Positions 17,800-27,044 are shown, numbered from the stretch's first letter. The stretch: DNA of 32,000 bases from Halalkalibacterium halodurans (GCF_004376175.1 NZ_SNUY01000039.1:7092-39091), one strand, 5' to 3'. Notes: generated by a model from the sequence alone, not told the origin. Made by a program: numbers and translations.

Positions 17800-17832
17800 A
17801 AAAAGCTGGCTCCTTTAAGAGCCAGCTTTTTT
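17800..17832. terminator. bidirectional terminator shared by convergent genes
   Basis: AAAAAGCTGGCTC-ctttaa-GAGCCAGCTTTTTT. The stop codon of the minus-strand gene lies in the loop. Confidence 0.85.
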
Positions 17833-18960
17833 AATGGCCTTATCGAACGCGGCCATGATGTCTTCAATATCTTCAATGCCAACCGAAATTCTTACTAGTT
17901 GCTTGTCGATTCCTAACTCTTGTCGAAGCGACTCTGGCACTGTTCGATGAGACGTTTGAATCGGATAAGACACGGTTGTTTCAACACCTGCTAATGTTGG
18001 TGCAATTTTCACCCAGTCTAATGATTCAAAAAAGGTTGCTGCCTCTACCTTTTCGGCTAGGCGTATCGTCACTATTGCCCCATTGCCGCGTTTCGATACA
18101 GTCGTCGGGTAGAACACTTGGGAAACCCCTGGATGGTCCGCAAAAAATGTGGCGAGAGCTTGAGCATTTTCCCCTTGTCGTCCCATTCTTAATGCCAATG
18201 TTTTTAATCCTCTCGAAGCGAGCCACGCTTCAAATGGGCTTAAGTTGCAACCCAAAGTCGCGACTTTTTGCCGAACTTGCTGAATGATTTCTGCAGATCC
18301 TACGACGACACCCGCTGTCACATCACTATGCCCGCCAATATATTTGGTTGCACTATGGACGACTACATCTACACCACATGTTAAAGGTTGAACAAAGTAA
18401 GGTGTGGCAAACGTATTATCAATAACAGTTGAAAGGCCGTGTTCCTTTCCTAGTTCAACGACCTGATAAATATCTTCCACCCGTAGCAATGGATTGGTGA
18501 CTGTCTCTGAATAGAGCACTTTCGTTTCTTTTCGAATCGCACGTTTCACCACTTCACGGTCTTGAAATGGAACAAAGCTGACATCGATTCCTAGCTTCGG
18601 AAGCTCCTCCGCCAACAGTTGATAAGTCCCACCATACAAATCATTCGCGGCGATCAAGTGATCTCCTTTTTCAAGTAAAGCTAGGAGTGCGACTAAAATG
18701 GCTGACATTCCTGCTGATGTGGCTACGCCATCCTCTGCCTGCTCTAAAGAAGCCACCCCTTTGCCAAGGTCATCACTGTTTGGATTCCCATACCTTGTGT
18801 ACAAATACTCCTTTTCCCCTCGGTAGAAGCTTTCCATATCATCTAAGTCTTGAAACACGAATGCAGATGTTTGATAAATGGGCTTAGATTTACTACGGTT
18901 TTTGCTTATTTCTTTTTCTGTAAAGTGAACCGATTTTGTTGCAAATTTTTTCTCTCTCAT
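17815..18960 (-). CDS. Cys/Met-metabolism PLP-dependent enzyme (cystathionine gamma-synthase / beta- or gamma-lyase family)
   Basis: Family motifs YTRYGNPN, SATKYIGGHSDV (PLP lysine) and ISVGIEDIEDI. ATG 18960 lies 8 nt after AAGGTGG. Confidence 0.9.
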   Translation of the reverse strand: MREKKFATKSVHFTEKEISKNRSKSKPIYQTSAFVFQDLDDMESFYRGEKEYLYTRYGNPNSDDLGKGVASLEQAEDGVATSAGMSAILVALLALLEKGDHLIAANDLYGGTYQLLAEELPKLGIDVSFVPFQDREVVKRAIRKETKVLYSETVTNPLLRVEDIYQVVELGKEHGLSTVIDNTFATPYFVQPLTCGVDVVVHSATKYIGGHSDVTAGVVVGSAEIIQQVRQKVATLGCNLSPFEAWLASRGLKTLALRMGRQGENAQALATFFADHPGVSQVFYPTTVSKRGNGAIVTIRLAEKVEAATFFESLDWVKIAPTLAGVETTVSYPIQTSHRTVPESLRQELGIDKQLVRISVGIEDIEDIMAAFDKAIKKAGS

Positions 18961-19157
18961 ACTCCTAGCCACCTTGTTTGCTTTTCTTTAGATTGTACAA
19001 AAGTTCTGCTTCTTCTGACAAGGATCGCTTTTTGATTTCAAGTTATTGGTTCTTGTCCAATAAGTTCTGGCATACTAATGAAAAAAGCCCACACTCTTTT
19101 CAAAAGGACCATTTCCAGTTACACTTTTGTAAAAAACGACCTTAAGGAGGTACTACC

Positions 19158-19877
19158 ATGCTGTATGAATTGCTCATTAAGCTTTCCCTCTCTCTCGTCC
19201 TTGGCCTCCTAATTGGGATTGACCGACAAATGAAACATAAACCACTTGGTCTACGAACAAGCATGGTTATTTGCGTTGCTAGTTGCTTATTAACCATTGT
19301 TTCGATTGAGCATATATCTCGGAGTGGGTTAATTTTTCATAATACGAACAATGTGGACCCTATGCGTTTAGCAGCGCAAATTGTTAGCGGGATCGGATTT
19401 TTAGGAGCCGGCGTCATTTTACGTCGAAACAATGATGTCATCTCCGGCCTGACCACGGCAGCAATGATTTGGGCAGCTTCCGGCTTAGGAATCGCAATCG
19501 GTGCAGGTTTTTATTTCGAGTCCTTTTTTGCCGTCATTCTTATTTTAATCGCGGTTAATGTCATTCCCATTATGTTTCGTTGGGTGGGCCCTGCTTCATT
19601 ACGCCATCGTGATGTAGGGGTTAAGATGGTACTAACGGAGCAAGCAAACATCGCAAATGTCATCGAGGCGATTAACCAAACGAGCGATACAACAAAAACG
19701 TTTCGAAAACGTAAAGACCGAGTGGATATTCGAAACCTAAAAATGAAAGACCTTGAAGCAAATAAGCAACAACTTCAATTCACGTTATCGATCCCGAGCC
19801 ATCAATACTCCGTTGAATTTTTTTACAAGCTTAAAGCAATTCCTTCAGTTGATTCAGTTGAATTAGGGGATTTGTAG
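19158..19877 (+). CDS. MgtC/SapB family membrane protein with a C-terminal soluble domain
   Basis: N-terminal MgtC domain (GLLIGIDRQ, KPLGLRT, GIGFLGAGVIL) with 4-5 TMS, then an ~85-aa soluble tail. AAGGAGG RBS. Confidence 0.85.
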   Translation: MLYELLIKLSLSLVLGLLIGIDRQMKHKPLGLRTSMVICVASCLLTIVSIEHISRSGLIFHNTNNVDPMRLAAQIVSGIGFLGAGVILRRNNDVISGLTTAAMIWAASGLGIAIGAGFYFESFFAVILILIAVNVIPIMFRWVGPASLRHRDVGVKMVLTEQANIANVIEAINQTSDTTKTFRKRKDRVDIRNLKMKDLEANKQQLQFTLSIPSHQYSVEFFYKLKAIPSVDSVELGDL

Positions 19878-19924
19878 CACTAAAAGATTAAGTCCGCCCT
19901 TGTTGCATCTCTGGCGTTTTTAAA

Positions 19925-19967
19925 GATCAAAATAAGGAGAGAAGCGTGAATCATAGCTTCCCTCCTT
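19925..19967 (-). terminator. terminator after the aldehyde dehydrogenase gene
   Basis: 12-bp stem AAGGAGGGAAGC / GCTTCTCTCCTT (one mismatch), followed by ATTTTGATCTTT on the minus strand. Confidence 0.55.
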
Positions 19968-19981
19968 TCGTCATTTAAGAC

Positions 19982-21488
19982 TTAATCCATATTCACCCAA
20001 ACACTTTTCACTTCAGTATAATTTTCTAATGCATAGCTCCCCATTTCCCGGCCAATCCCCGATTGTTTGTAACCACCAAACGGGCTCGCGGCATCGAATA
20101 CATTGTAGCAATTCACCCAAATGGTCCCTGCCTTGATTCGGTGGGCAATGTAGTGTGCTTTTTTAATATCCTGTGTCCAAACACCAGCAGCTAGTCCATA
20201 ATCAGAATCGTTGGCTTTATCAATTAGGTCGTCTATGCTATCAAACGGCATTGCGGCTACAACTGGACCAAAAATTTCCTCCTTGGCGATCGTCATGGAA
20301 TGATCCACGTCAGCAAAAATGGTTGGGGCGACAAAATACCCTTGATCATACGGAATGTTCCCACCTGTTAGTAGTTCTGCCCCTTCCTCAACCCCACGAT
20401 CGATGTAATTTTTCACTCGACTTTGTTGTTGATTTGAAATCAGAGGTCCCATGGTCGTTTGTTCTAATAATCCATCCCCTTGCTGAATCTCATTCGTTAA
20501 CGACACCAGGTCAGCAACGACATGATCATACTGTTTCTTTTGTACATATAAACGACTTCCTGCGCAACACACTTGGCCTTGATTGAACATAATGCCCATA
20601 AGTGAGCCAGGAACGGCCTTTGACAAATCAGCATCAGGTAAAATGATATTTGGTGACTTGCCCCCAAGTTCAAGCGTTACTCTTTTTAATGATTCACTCG
20701 CTTGTTTCATAATTAACTTTCCGACATCAGTCGACCCTGTAAAAGCCACTTTATCTACAGCTGGGTGATTCACAAGGGGAGCTCCAGCCGAATGCCCAAA
20801 TCCAGGGACAATGTTCACAACCCCTTTTGGAAAACCTGCTTCATTGATCAATTCTCCTAAATATAAGGCGGAAAGTGGAGTCTGCTCTGCCGGTTTTAAC
20901 ACAACCGTACAACCTGTAGCTAGAGCGGCACCAAGTTTCCAAGCAGCCATCAATAACGGGAAATTCCAAGGAATGATTTGGCCTACAACGCCAATGGCTT
21001 CATGGCGCGTGTAGTTAAAATAATGGCCTTGTACAGGGATGGTTTGGCCCACAATTTTTGTCGCCCATCCTGCAAAGTAACGAAAGTGTTCAATTACTAA
21101 TGGAATATCAGCATTGGCCGTCTCACGAATTGGCTTACCATTATCTAACGTCTCAAGCTGAGCTAACGCTTCTTTATGATCCTCAATCAAATCAGCCAGC
21201 TTGTATATGAGTCGACTTCTTTCCGCTGCACTCATTTTAGACCAAGGCCCTTCATCGAACGCTTTCCTTGCCGCTTTCACTGCAAAATCGATGTCCTCTG
21301 ACCCAGCTTCTGCTACGAGAGCTAATGTTTCTCCGGTTGCTGGATTCATCGTTTCAAAAGATTGTCCAGAGAATGAATCAACCCATTCCCCATTAATAAA
21401 TAGCTTCTTTGGTCCACCGTTTAAAAACGCCACTAACCTTGGATTTAATTTGCTATCGTTTGTTGAGATTTTTTGCATTCTTTTTTCC
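19982..21488 (-). CDS. NAD(P)+-dependent aldehyde dehydrogenase
   Basis: ALDH family motifs FTGSTDVGK, catalytic ELGGKSP and QVCCAGSR (catalytic Cys). ATG 21488 lies 7 nt after AAGGGGGA and 16 nt after the adh stop. Confidence 0.95.
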
Positions 21489-21504
21489 CCCTTATTCAAT
21501 CGTT

Positions 21505-22545
21505 TTAAGCCATTGTTAATACAACACGGCCGTTAATTTTTCCGTTTGCCATTCTTTCAAACACGTCATTGATTTTATCTAGCGGTTGAACTTCAATGTT
21601 AGTTCGCACTTTTCCTTGGGCCGCAAATTCGATTGATTCTTGCAAATCCTTTCGCGTACCTACAATTGAGCCTTTCACCGTTACCCCGTTCAATACTGTA
21701 TCGAAAATCGGAATTGGTAATTCATCATTTGGAAGACCGACCACTACCAATGTCCCTCCTCTTTTAACAGATCCGTAAGCTTGTTCAAATGCTTTTTTCG
21801 TTACTGCTACACTAATGGCCGCTTGAACTCCACCCACTTTTTCTTTAATTTCTTGAACAGGATCTACTTCCAATCCATTTACTGTTAAATCTGCTCCAAG
21901 ACTTTTTGCTAACTCTAATTTATCCTCCATAATATCTACGGCAATGACGTTATAACCCATCGCTTTTGCATACTGTAGAGCAACGTGACCTAGTCCACCG
22001 ATTCCATAAATGGCGACCCAGTCCCCTGCTTTGGCTTCTGCTACTTTCAGTGCCTTATAAGTCGTCACCCCTGCGCAAAAAATGGGTGATACTTCGGCAA
22101 AATCAAGATGCTCTGGAATTTTTACTACATAGTTTGCAGGAGCCTTACAATATTCTGCATATCCCCCATCCACTGAATATCCAGCATTTAATTGGTCTGG
22201 GCATAACGTCTCCCGGCCTGTCAAACAATACTCACACTCTCCACACGCAGAATAAAGCCACGGAATACCGACCCGATCCCCTACCTTTATTGAAGTTACC
22301 CCTTCTCCTATTTCCTTTACAATGCCTACCCCTTCATGACCAGGGATAAGTGGAAGCTTAGGCTTTACAGGCCAATCTCCATGAGCGGCATGCAAGTCTG
22401 TATGACAAACACCGCAAGCCTTAATTTTGACAAGCACCTCTCCATACTCCAATGAAGGTACCGGAACTTCCTTAATCTCTAATTGCTGTTTGAACTTATC
22501 CACGACCGCCGCTTTCATCATTCTTCGTTCGGTTATTTCACCCAT
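21505..22545 (-). CDS. adhA: zinc-dependent alcohol dehydrogenase (AdhA/propanol-preferring type)
   Basis: GVCHTDLH and GHEGVG catalytic-zinc motifs, structural-zinc Cys cluster CGECEYC, GIGGLG Rossmann motif. An alternative start at MKAAVV (22518) is possible. Confidence 0.95.
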   Translation of the reverse strand: MGEITERRMMKAAVVDKFKQQLEIKEVPVPSLEYGEVLVKIKACGVCHTDLHAAHGDWPVKPKLPLIPGHEGVGIVKEIGEGVTSIKVGDRVGIPWLYSACGECEYCLTGRETLCPDQLNAGYSVDGGYAEYCKAPANYVVKIPEHLDFAEVSPIFCAGVTTYKALKVAEAKAGDWVAIYGIGGLGHVALQYAKAMGYNVIAVDIMEDKLELAKSLGADLTVNGLEVDPVQEIKEKVGGVQAAISVAVTKKAFEQAYGSVKRGGTLVVVGLPNDELPIPIFDTVLNGVTVKGSIVGTRKDLQESIEFAAQGKVRTNIEVQPLDKINDVFERMANGKINGRVVLTMA

Positions 22546-22585
22546 GTAAAATCTCTCCCCTCATTTTGGTTTCACTACTTAAACA

Positions 22586-22601
22586 AGCAAGAATCGTGCC
22601 A
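22586..22601 (-). promoter_or_regulatory. sigma-54 (-24/-12) promoter upstream of adh-aldH
   Basis: Minus strand TGGCACGATTCTTGCT matches TGGCAC-N5-TTGC(A/T) with correct GG/GC spacing. It lies about 40 nt upstream of the adh start and directly downstream of a GAFTGA activator gene. Confidence 0.85.
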
Positions 22602-22719
22602 ACAAAAAAGCGCTTTCATCATGTGAGTTCCCTTCCTTGCGGCCAAAAAATCGGCTCTTTACGGCCGTATTCTTGGACAAAACATGACAACTTTTCGCGA
22701 AATCGGTAAACACGGGTTT

Positions 22720-22755
22720 AAAAATAAAAAAAGAACCCTTTTCATAAAGAGCTCT
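22720..22755 (-). terminator. rho-independent terminator after the response-regulator gene
   Basis: Minus strand AGAGCUCUUU-AUGA-AAAGGGUUCU (10 bp including two G:U pairs), followed by UUUUUUUAUUUUU. Confidence 0.8.
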
Positions 22756-22762
22756 CTACTCG

Positions 22763-24214
22763 CTATTCTGTATTCACTTTTTCATTTAAAAGATATCGGA
22801 GCTTTCTCGTCGAAATTTGCAACCGTTTTGCGGCTGCTTTTCGGTTGCCATGGGTAGCTTCTAACGTTTGTAAAATGAGAGCTTTGCCGAGTTGTGACTC
22901 TAACTGTTTAACTTGGGCAAGAACCTCTTCTAAATCAATCTCTTCTTTTTGTGAATAAAAACATAAAGCTTCATCCATCCATTTTTCAATATGCTCGTCC
23001 ATGCCCTCTCCCAGTGTTTCGGAACGACTGCTAGCTGTTAGCTTTTTAGAGGTGACCGAACGTTGACCTGTAAACGGAAGATGATCAGCAGTGATTTTCA
23101 CATGACCGGAATCAGCTAACGTAACGATCCTAGTAATGCAGTTTGATAATTCTCGGATATTCCCTGGCCATTCATAGCTTTGCATCGTTTTTACGGCGTC
23201 ATCCGAAAACGTGATTTCGATACTTGGATATCGTTTCAAAAAGTGTTCTATTAAGAGTGGGATGTCCTCTTTTCTCTCTCGAAGCGGCGGAATTTGTAAA
23301 TGGACGACGTTTAACCGGTAAAATAGATCTTCTCTAAATTTTTTCTGCTGCACCGCTTCTTGAAGATCTTCGTTCGTTGCCGCAAGCAGACGGGTATTTG
23401 TTCGAAATATTCGTTCTCCTCCTACACGCATAAACTCTCGTGTTTCAAGTACACGTAAGAGTTTCACTTGAATTGAAGTTGAGGCTTCCGCTATTTCATC
23501 AAGAAACAGCGTCCCCTTGCTGGCAATTTCAAAAAGGCCTTTCCGCATTTGTGTTGCCCCTGTAAAGGCTCCTTTTTCGTGACCAAAAAGCTCACTCTCC
23601 AATAAAGATTCGGATAGTGCTCCACAGTTTACCCCAATAAACGATTCGTAACTCCTTTGACTTGCCTGATGGATAAACCGTGCCAACACTTCCTTTCCCG
23701 TCCCTGTTTCCCCCTCAATTAACACATTTACATTTTTGCCTGCTACTTTATAAGCCGTTTGAATTAACTGTCTCATGGTCTCATTCTGTCCCACAATGAG
23801 CCCTACATTTATAGCCAAATCGAGAATGCGTTGCTCGTTGGAGGTTACATTGGAAATGAGCAAGTCGTCCACTTGGGCCTCTAACAAGTCAATATCATCA
23901 AATGGCTTCTCTATGTAATCACTTGCCCCTAACTTCATCGCCTCGACGGCTGTTTTTATTGTGCTGTAACCTGTCATGATAATCACTTTACAATGGGGTT
24001 GTCTCCTTTTCAAATGCTTGAGTAACACAATTCCATTAGCATCAGGTAATTTTAGGTCGATCATCGCAGCATGAAATGGCTGGTGGCTAAAGTCAATTTC
24101 ATTGAATTCCTTTCCACTATTTACAACAGTCACATTGTATCCCTTTGACATGAAGAGATGGGAAAGAAAGTTACCTACTTCTACTTCATCGTCAATGATT
24201 AATATGCTTGTCAT
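22763..24214 (-). CDS. sigma-54-dependent response regulator (REC, AAA+, Fis-type HTH; NtrC family)
   Basis: REC domain with IDLKLPD phospho-acceptor context. Walker A GETGTGKE, the sigma-54 contact loop GAFTGA, and C-terminal HTH AAKRLQISTRKLRYLL. Confidence 0.95.
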   Translation of the reverse strand: MTSILIIDDEVEVGNFLSHLFMSKGYNVTVVNSGKEFNEIDFSHQPFHAAMIDLKLPDANGIVLLKHLKRRQPHCKVIIMTGYSTIKTAVEAMKLGASDYIEKPFDDIDLLEAQVDDLLISNVTSNEQRILDLAINVGLIVGQNETMRQLIQTAYKVAGKNVNVLIEGETGTGKEVLARFIHQASQRSYESFIGVNCGALSESLLESELFGHEKGAFTGATQMRKGLFEIASKGTLFLDEIAEASTSIQVKLLRVLETREFMRVGGERIFRTNTRLLAATNEDLQEAVQQKKFREDLFYRLNVVHLQIPPLRERKEDIPLLIEHFLKRYPSIEITFSDDAVKTMQSYEWPGNIRELSNCITRIVTLADSGHVKITADHLPFTGQRSVTSKKLTASSRSETLGEGMDEHIEKWMDEALCFYSQKEEIDLEEVLAQVKQLESQLGKALILQTLEATHGNRKAAAKRLQISTRKLRYLLNEKVNTE

Positions 24215-25719
24215 ACCGCCCCTCCAATCTTGGTGCTAGCTGCTGGCAACCTTAAGATAAAGGTACTCCCTTTTTTAAGTTTGCTGTGAACATCAATTGT
24301 TCCGCCGTGCGATTTGGCGATACCAATACTGACAGATAACCCTAATCCTGTCCCTTCTTTGGATGATTTTGTTGTATGAAAAGGGTGAAAGATTTCTGCC
24401 AATCGTTCTTCCTCAATTCCGATTCCGTTATCTGTCACTGATAGATGAACTTCATTGTACTGAAACCACGTCTTAATGAGGACTTCCTTTTTGTCACTTA
24501 GGGCTTCTTCTAGTGCATCTTTCGCATTCAATAATAAATTAATAATAATTTGTTCAATCTGCGCTTGGTTACCTTCAATCAACGGGATATCTTCTTGTAG
24601 ATCTGTTTTGATCACAACTTCTTCTTTTTGTAATTGATACTTTAATAGGTTCAATGTTTCATTTACAGCATCATTAATTGCACAAGCCTTAAACACAAAT
24701 TCTTCCTGTCTCGAAAAGGTAAGTAGGCTATTAATGATTCGTTTGCAGCGATTACCACAATTTTTTATATCCGTTAAAAGTGGGAACAACGGGTCATGAT
24801 CTTTCACATCTCTAAGAATCAGTTGAGAATTCCCCAAAATAGCAGTTAACGGGCTGTTAAGTTCGTGGGCCACTCCTGCTGCCATTTCACCTATAGCCGC
24901 CAGTTTTCCAGAATGGATAAGTTGTACCTCCATTTTACGCTTTTCCGTGACATCCTTAATATAAGCAATAACCCCATAAATCACCTGTTCGTTATTGACA
25001 AGTGGGTACGTAGAAAGTTCGCAAATAATTTGATTGCGAAAATGAATTTCTTCATGTCCAGCTTTTTGTGATTTGAATGTTTCCTTCACAAGGGGTTCAC
25101 AGTGTTCGGCCAGTAAGGAAATCTTAGTTAATTTAGTACTCTGAAGAAAATGCTGGACAGCATCATTGAATTGAATCACGTTTCCTTTTTGATCAAAGAC
25201 TATGATCATATCATCTACTGCTTTAAATGTATCTTCCCACTCTTGTTTAGACCGTAAGACTTGGCCATATAATTCCACATTTTCGATACTAACTGCTAAA
25301 TGATCGGTAAGTTGCTCTAAAAACGCAAGATCATCCAAACTCCAATCTATCTGTTGTTTTCGGCCGATACTCAGGACACCTATCCTCTTGTTTTTACTAT
25401 AAATTGGTATCACCAAAATGGACTTTAGATCAAGAATAGCTAAATATTGTTTCTCGTAGAAATTATCTTGCGTATCTGTCAGACTTCGAAGAATGGTTTG
25501 TCTTTGATCTAATGTTGACCAATATAGAGACTGTTCTTTTGGAATGGTTGAACCAATATCGAGGGAATAGCTGCCTTTAGGATACACATGACTTAACTTC
25601 AAAGTCTCATTCGCTAGCAATAAAAAACTAATACGATCAAAGTGAACGAGCAGTTTTAGTTTATCGATCATGTTATTTATAATATCATCAAGTGACATAT
25701 CGATCTTAATGCTTTTCAT
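24211..25719 (-). CDS. cytoplasmic sensor histidine kinase (GAF, PAS, HisKA, HATPase_c); N-terminus apparently frameshifted
   Basis: H-box HELNSPLTAILG, N-box LLLNAKDAL, G-boxes DNGIGI and GTGLGLS. No TMS. ATGA overlap with the regulator gene. The ATG at 25719 has no RBS; see the fragment at 25737-25856. Confidence 0.9.
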   Translation of the reverse strand: MKSIKIDMSLDDIINNMIDKLKLLVHFDRISFLLLANETLKLSHVYPKGSYSLDIGSTIPKEQSLYWSTLDQRQTILRSLTDTQDNFYEKQYLAILDLKSILVIPIYSKNKRIGVLSIGRKQQIDWSLDDLAFLEQLTDHLAVSIENVELYGQVLRSKQEWEDTFKAVDDMIIVFDQKGNVIQFNDAVQHFLQSTKLTKISLLAEHCEPLVKETFKSQKAGHEEIHFRNQIICELSTYPLVNNEQVIYGVIAYIKDVTEKRKMEVQLIHSGKLAAIGEMAAGVAHELNSPLTAILGNSQLILRDVKDHDPLFPLLTDIKNCGNRCKRIINSLLTFSRQEEFVFKACAINDAVNETLNLLKYQLQKEEVVIKTDLQEDIPLIEGNQAQIEQIIINLLLNAKDALEEALSDKKEVLIKTWFQYNEVHLSVTDNGIGIEEERLAEIFHPFHTTKSSKEGTGLGLSVSIGIAKSHGGTIDVHSKLKKGSTFILRLPAASTKIGGAV

Positions 25720-25736
25720 TACTTCATTTATAATCT

Positions 25737-25856
25737 CTAATTGAATATTTTTTTTTTCAGTTGTTCGACTGTTTTCTTTAATTCTGTATAGTATGTTTTT
25801 TTCGATGAATCAACGCCTGTTAAGCGAGCAATCATTTTCTGTTTATCTTCCAACAT
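25737..25856 (-). pseudogene. detached 5' segment of the histidine kinase gene (39 codons), out of frame because of an A10 tract
   Basis: ATG 25856 lies 6 nt after AGGTGGTGA. It encodes MLEDKQKMIARLTGVDSSKKTYYTELKKTVEQLKKK. One extra A in the run at 25748-25757 would continue NIQLEIINEVMKSIKID into the kinase ORF. Confidence 0.7.
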
Positions 25857-25868
25857 TATTGTCACCAC

Positions 25869-27017
25869 CTATAAAACATTTTTTAATACTTGCTTTACTT
25901 GCTCAACATTCATGTCACGAGGATTCGTAATCATACATGCATCTTCTAACGCTACTTGGCTAATGTGATGAATCATTTCTTCTGTTATCCCTACCTCTCT
26001 AAATCTTGTGGGAATACCGATATCAAAGGACAGCTCTTTGACAAAATGGATTGCAGCATTTCCTGCTTCCCGTTCCGTCAATCCCCTTGTATCAATTCCT
26101 AAACATGTCGCTATGTCTAAAAATCGCTTAGGTGTTGCGATAAAATTAAAATCCATGACATAAGGGAGAAGAATAGCGTTTATTTCTCCATGCGGTAAGG
26201 GAAACTTCCCTCCAATCGCATGGGATATTGCATGCGCTGCCCCTAAAATGGCATTTGAGAAAGCAAGTCCTGCTTGTAAGCTAGCCATTGCCATCGCTTC
26301 CTTTGCCTCTGTATTCGTTTTGGAAGCAACAGAGGGTCGCAAGTATTGAGCACACAAGATGAGGGCATTTTTGGCCTGGACATCTGTAAGCGGGGTGGCC
26401 GCAATACTGACATACGCTTCGATGGCATGTGTCAGCACATCCATCCCCGTTGTAGCGGTTAGGCTACTGTCTTTCGTCACGAGTGTGTAAGGATCAATAA
26501 TGGCAATATCGGGAACCAATGTTTTTGATACAATGGTCATTTTCTTTTTTCGATTCGAATCAACTATGATTGAAAATTGCGATACTTCAGAACCGGATCC
26601 TGCAGTTGTCATAATCATAATCATTGGAGGAAGGGGTTTTTTTATTTTATCGATTCCTTCTTAATCACTAATAGCTCCACCGTTCGTTGCAAGGATGGCG
26701 ATCGCTTTCGCTACATCTAACACACTTCCTCCTCCAACCCCAATAATGGCATCACATTCATGTTGCACAAACACTTGACACCCTTGTTCAACCTCGCGAT
26801 CTTTCGGGTCTGTCGTCACACCGACAAACGTGGCAAATGGTAGATGTGACTCTTTACAAAGTTCTATTACTTTTTCTAACCATCCGGCATTTGCGACGCC
26901 CCTATCACTAACAATCAACACTTTTTTCGCACCAAGTCGAACACAAGCGTCCCCTGCTTGCCTTATTGCATGACCCCCGAAAATAATCTCTGGTGTTACA
27001 AATTTATTGATATTCAT
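25869..27017 (-). pseudogene. iron-containing (group III) alcohol dehydrogenase interrupted by one in-frame TAA
   Basis: The ORFs 26661-27017 (GGGSVLDVAKAIA motif) and 25869-26624 (TTAGSGSEV and the histidine-rich metal site) are in the same frame. They are joined by ...AISD-TAA-EGIDKIKKPLPPM... Confidence 0.85.
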
Positions 27018-27044
27018 TCCAATCTCCTTATGGAAAGTTGATTA

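Noticed and set aside
18961-19157. Searched for an S-box (SAM) or T-box leader upstream of the Cys/Met PLP enzyme, and an M-box upstream of the MgtC-family gene.
   Set aside because: The leaders are too short. The conserved cores (S-box CTTATCAAGAG..GG.GGAGGGA, the T-box specifier and T-box sequence, the M-box GTTAGGTGAGG) are absent on the relevant strands.
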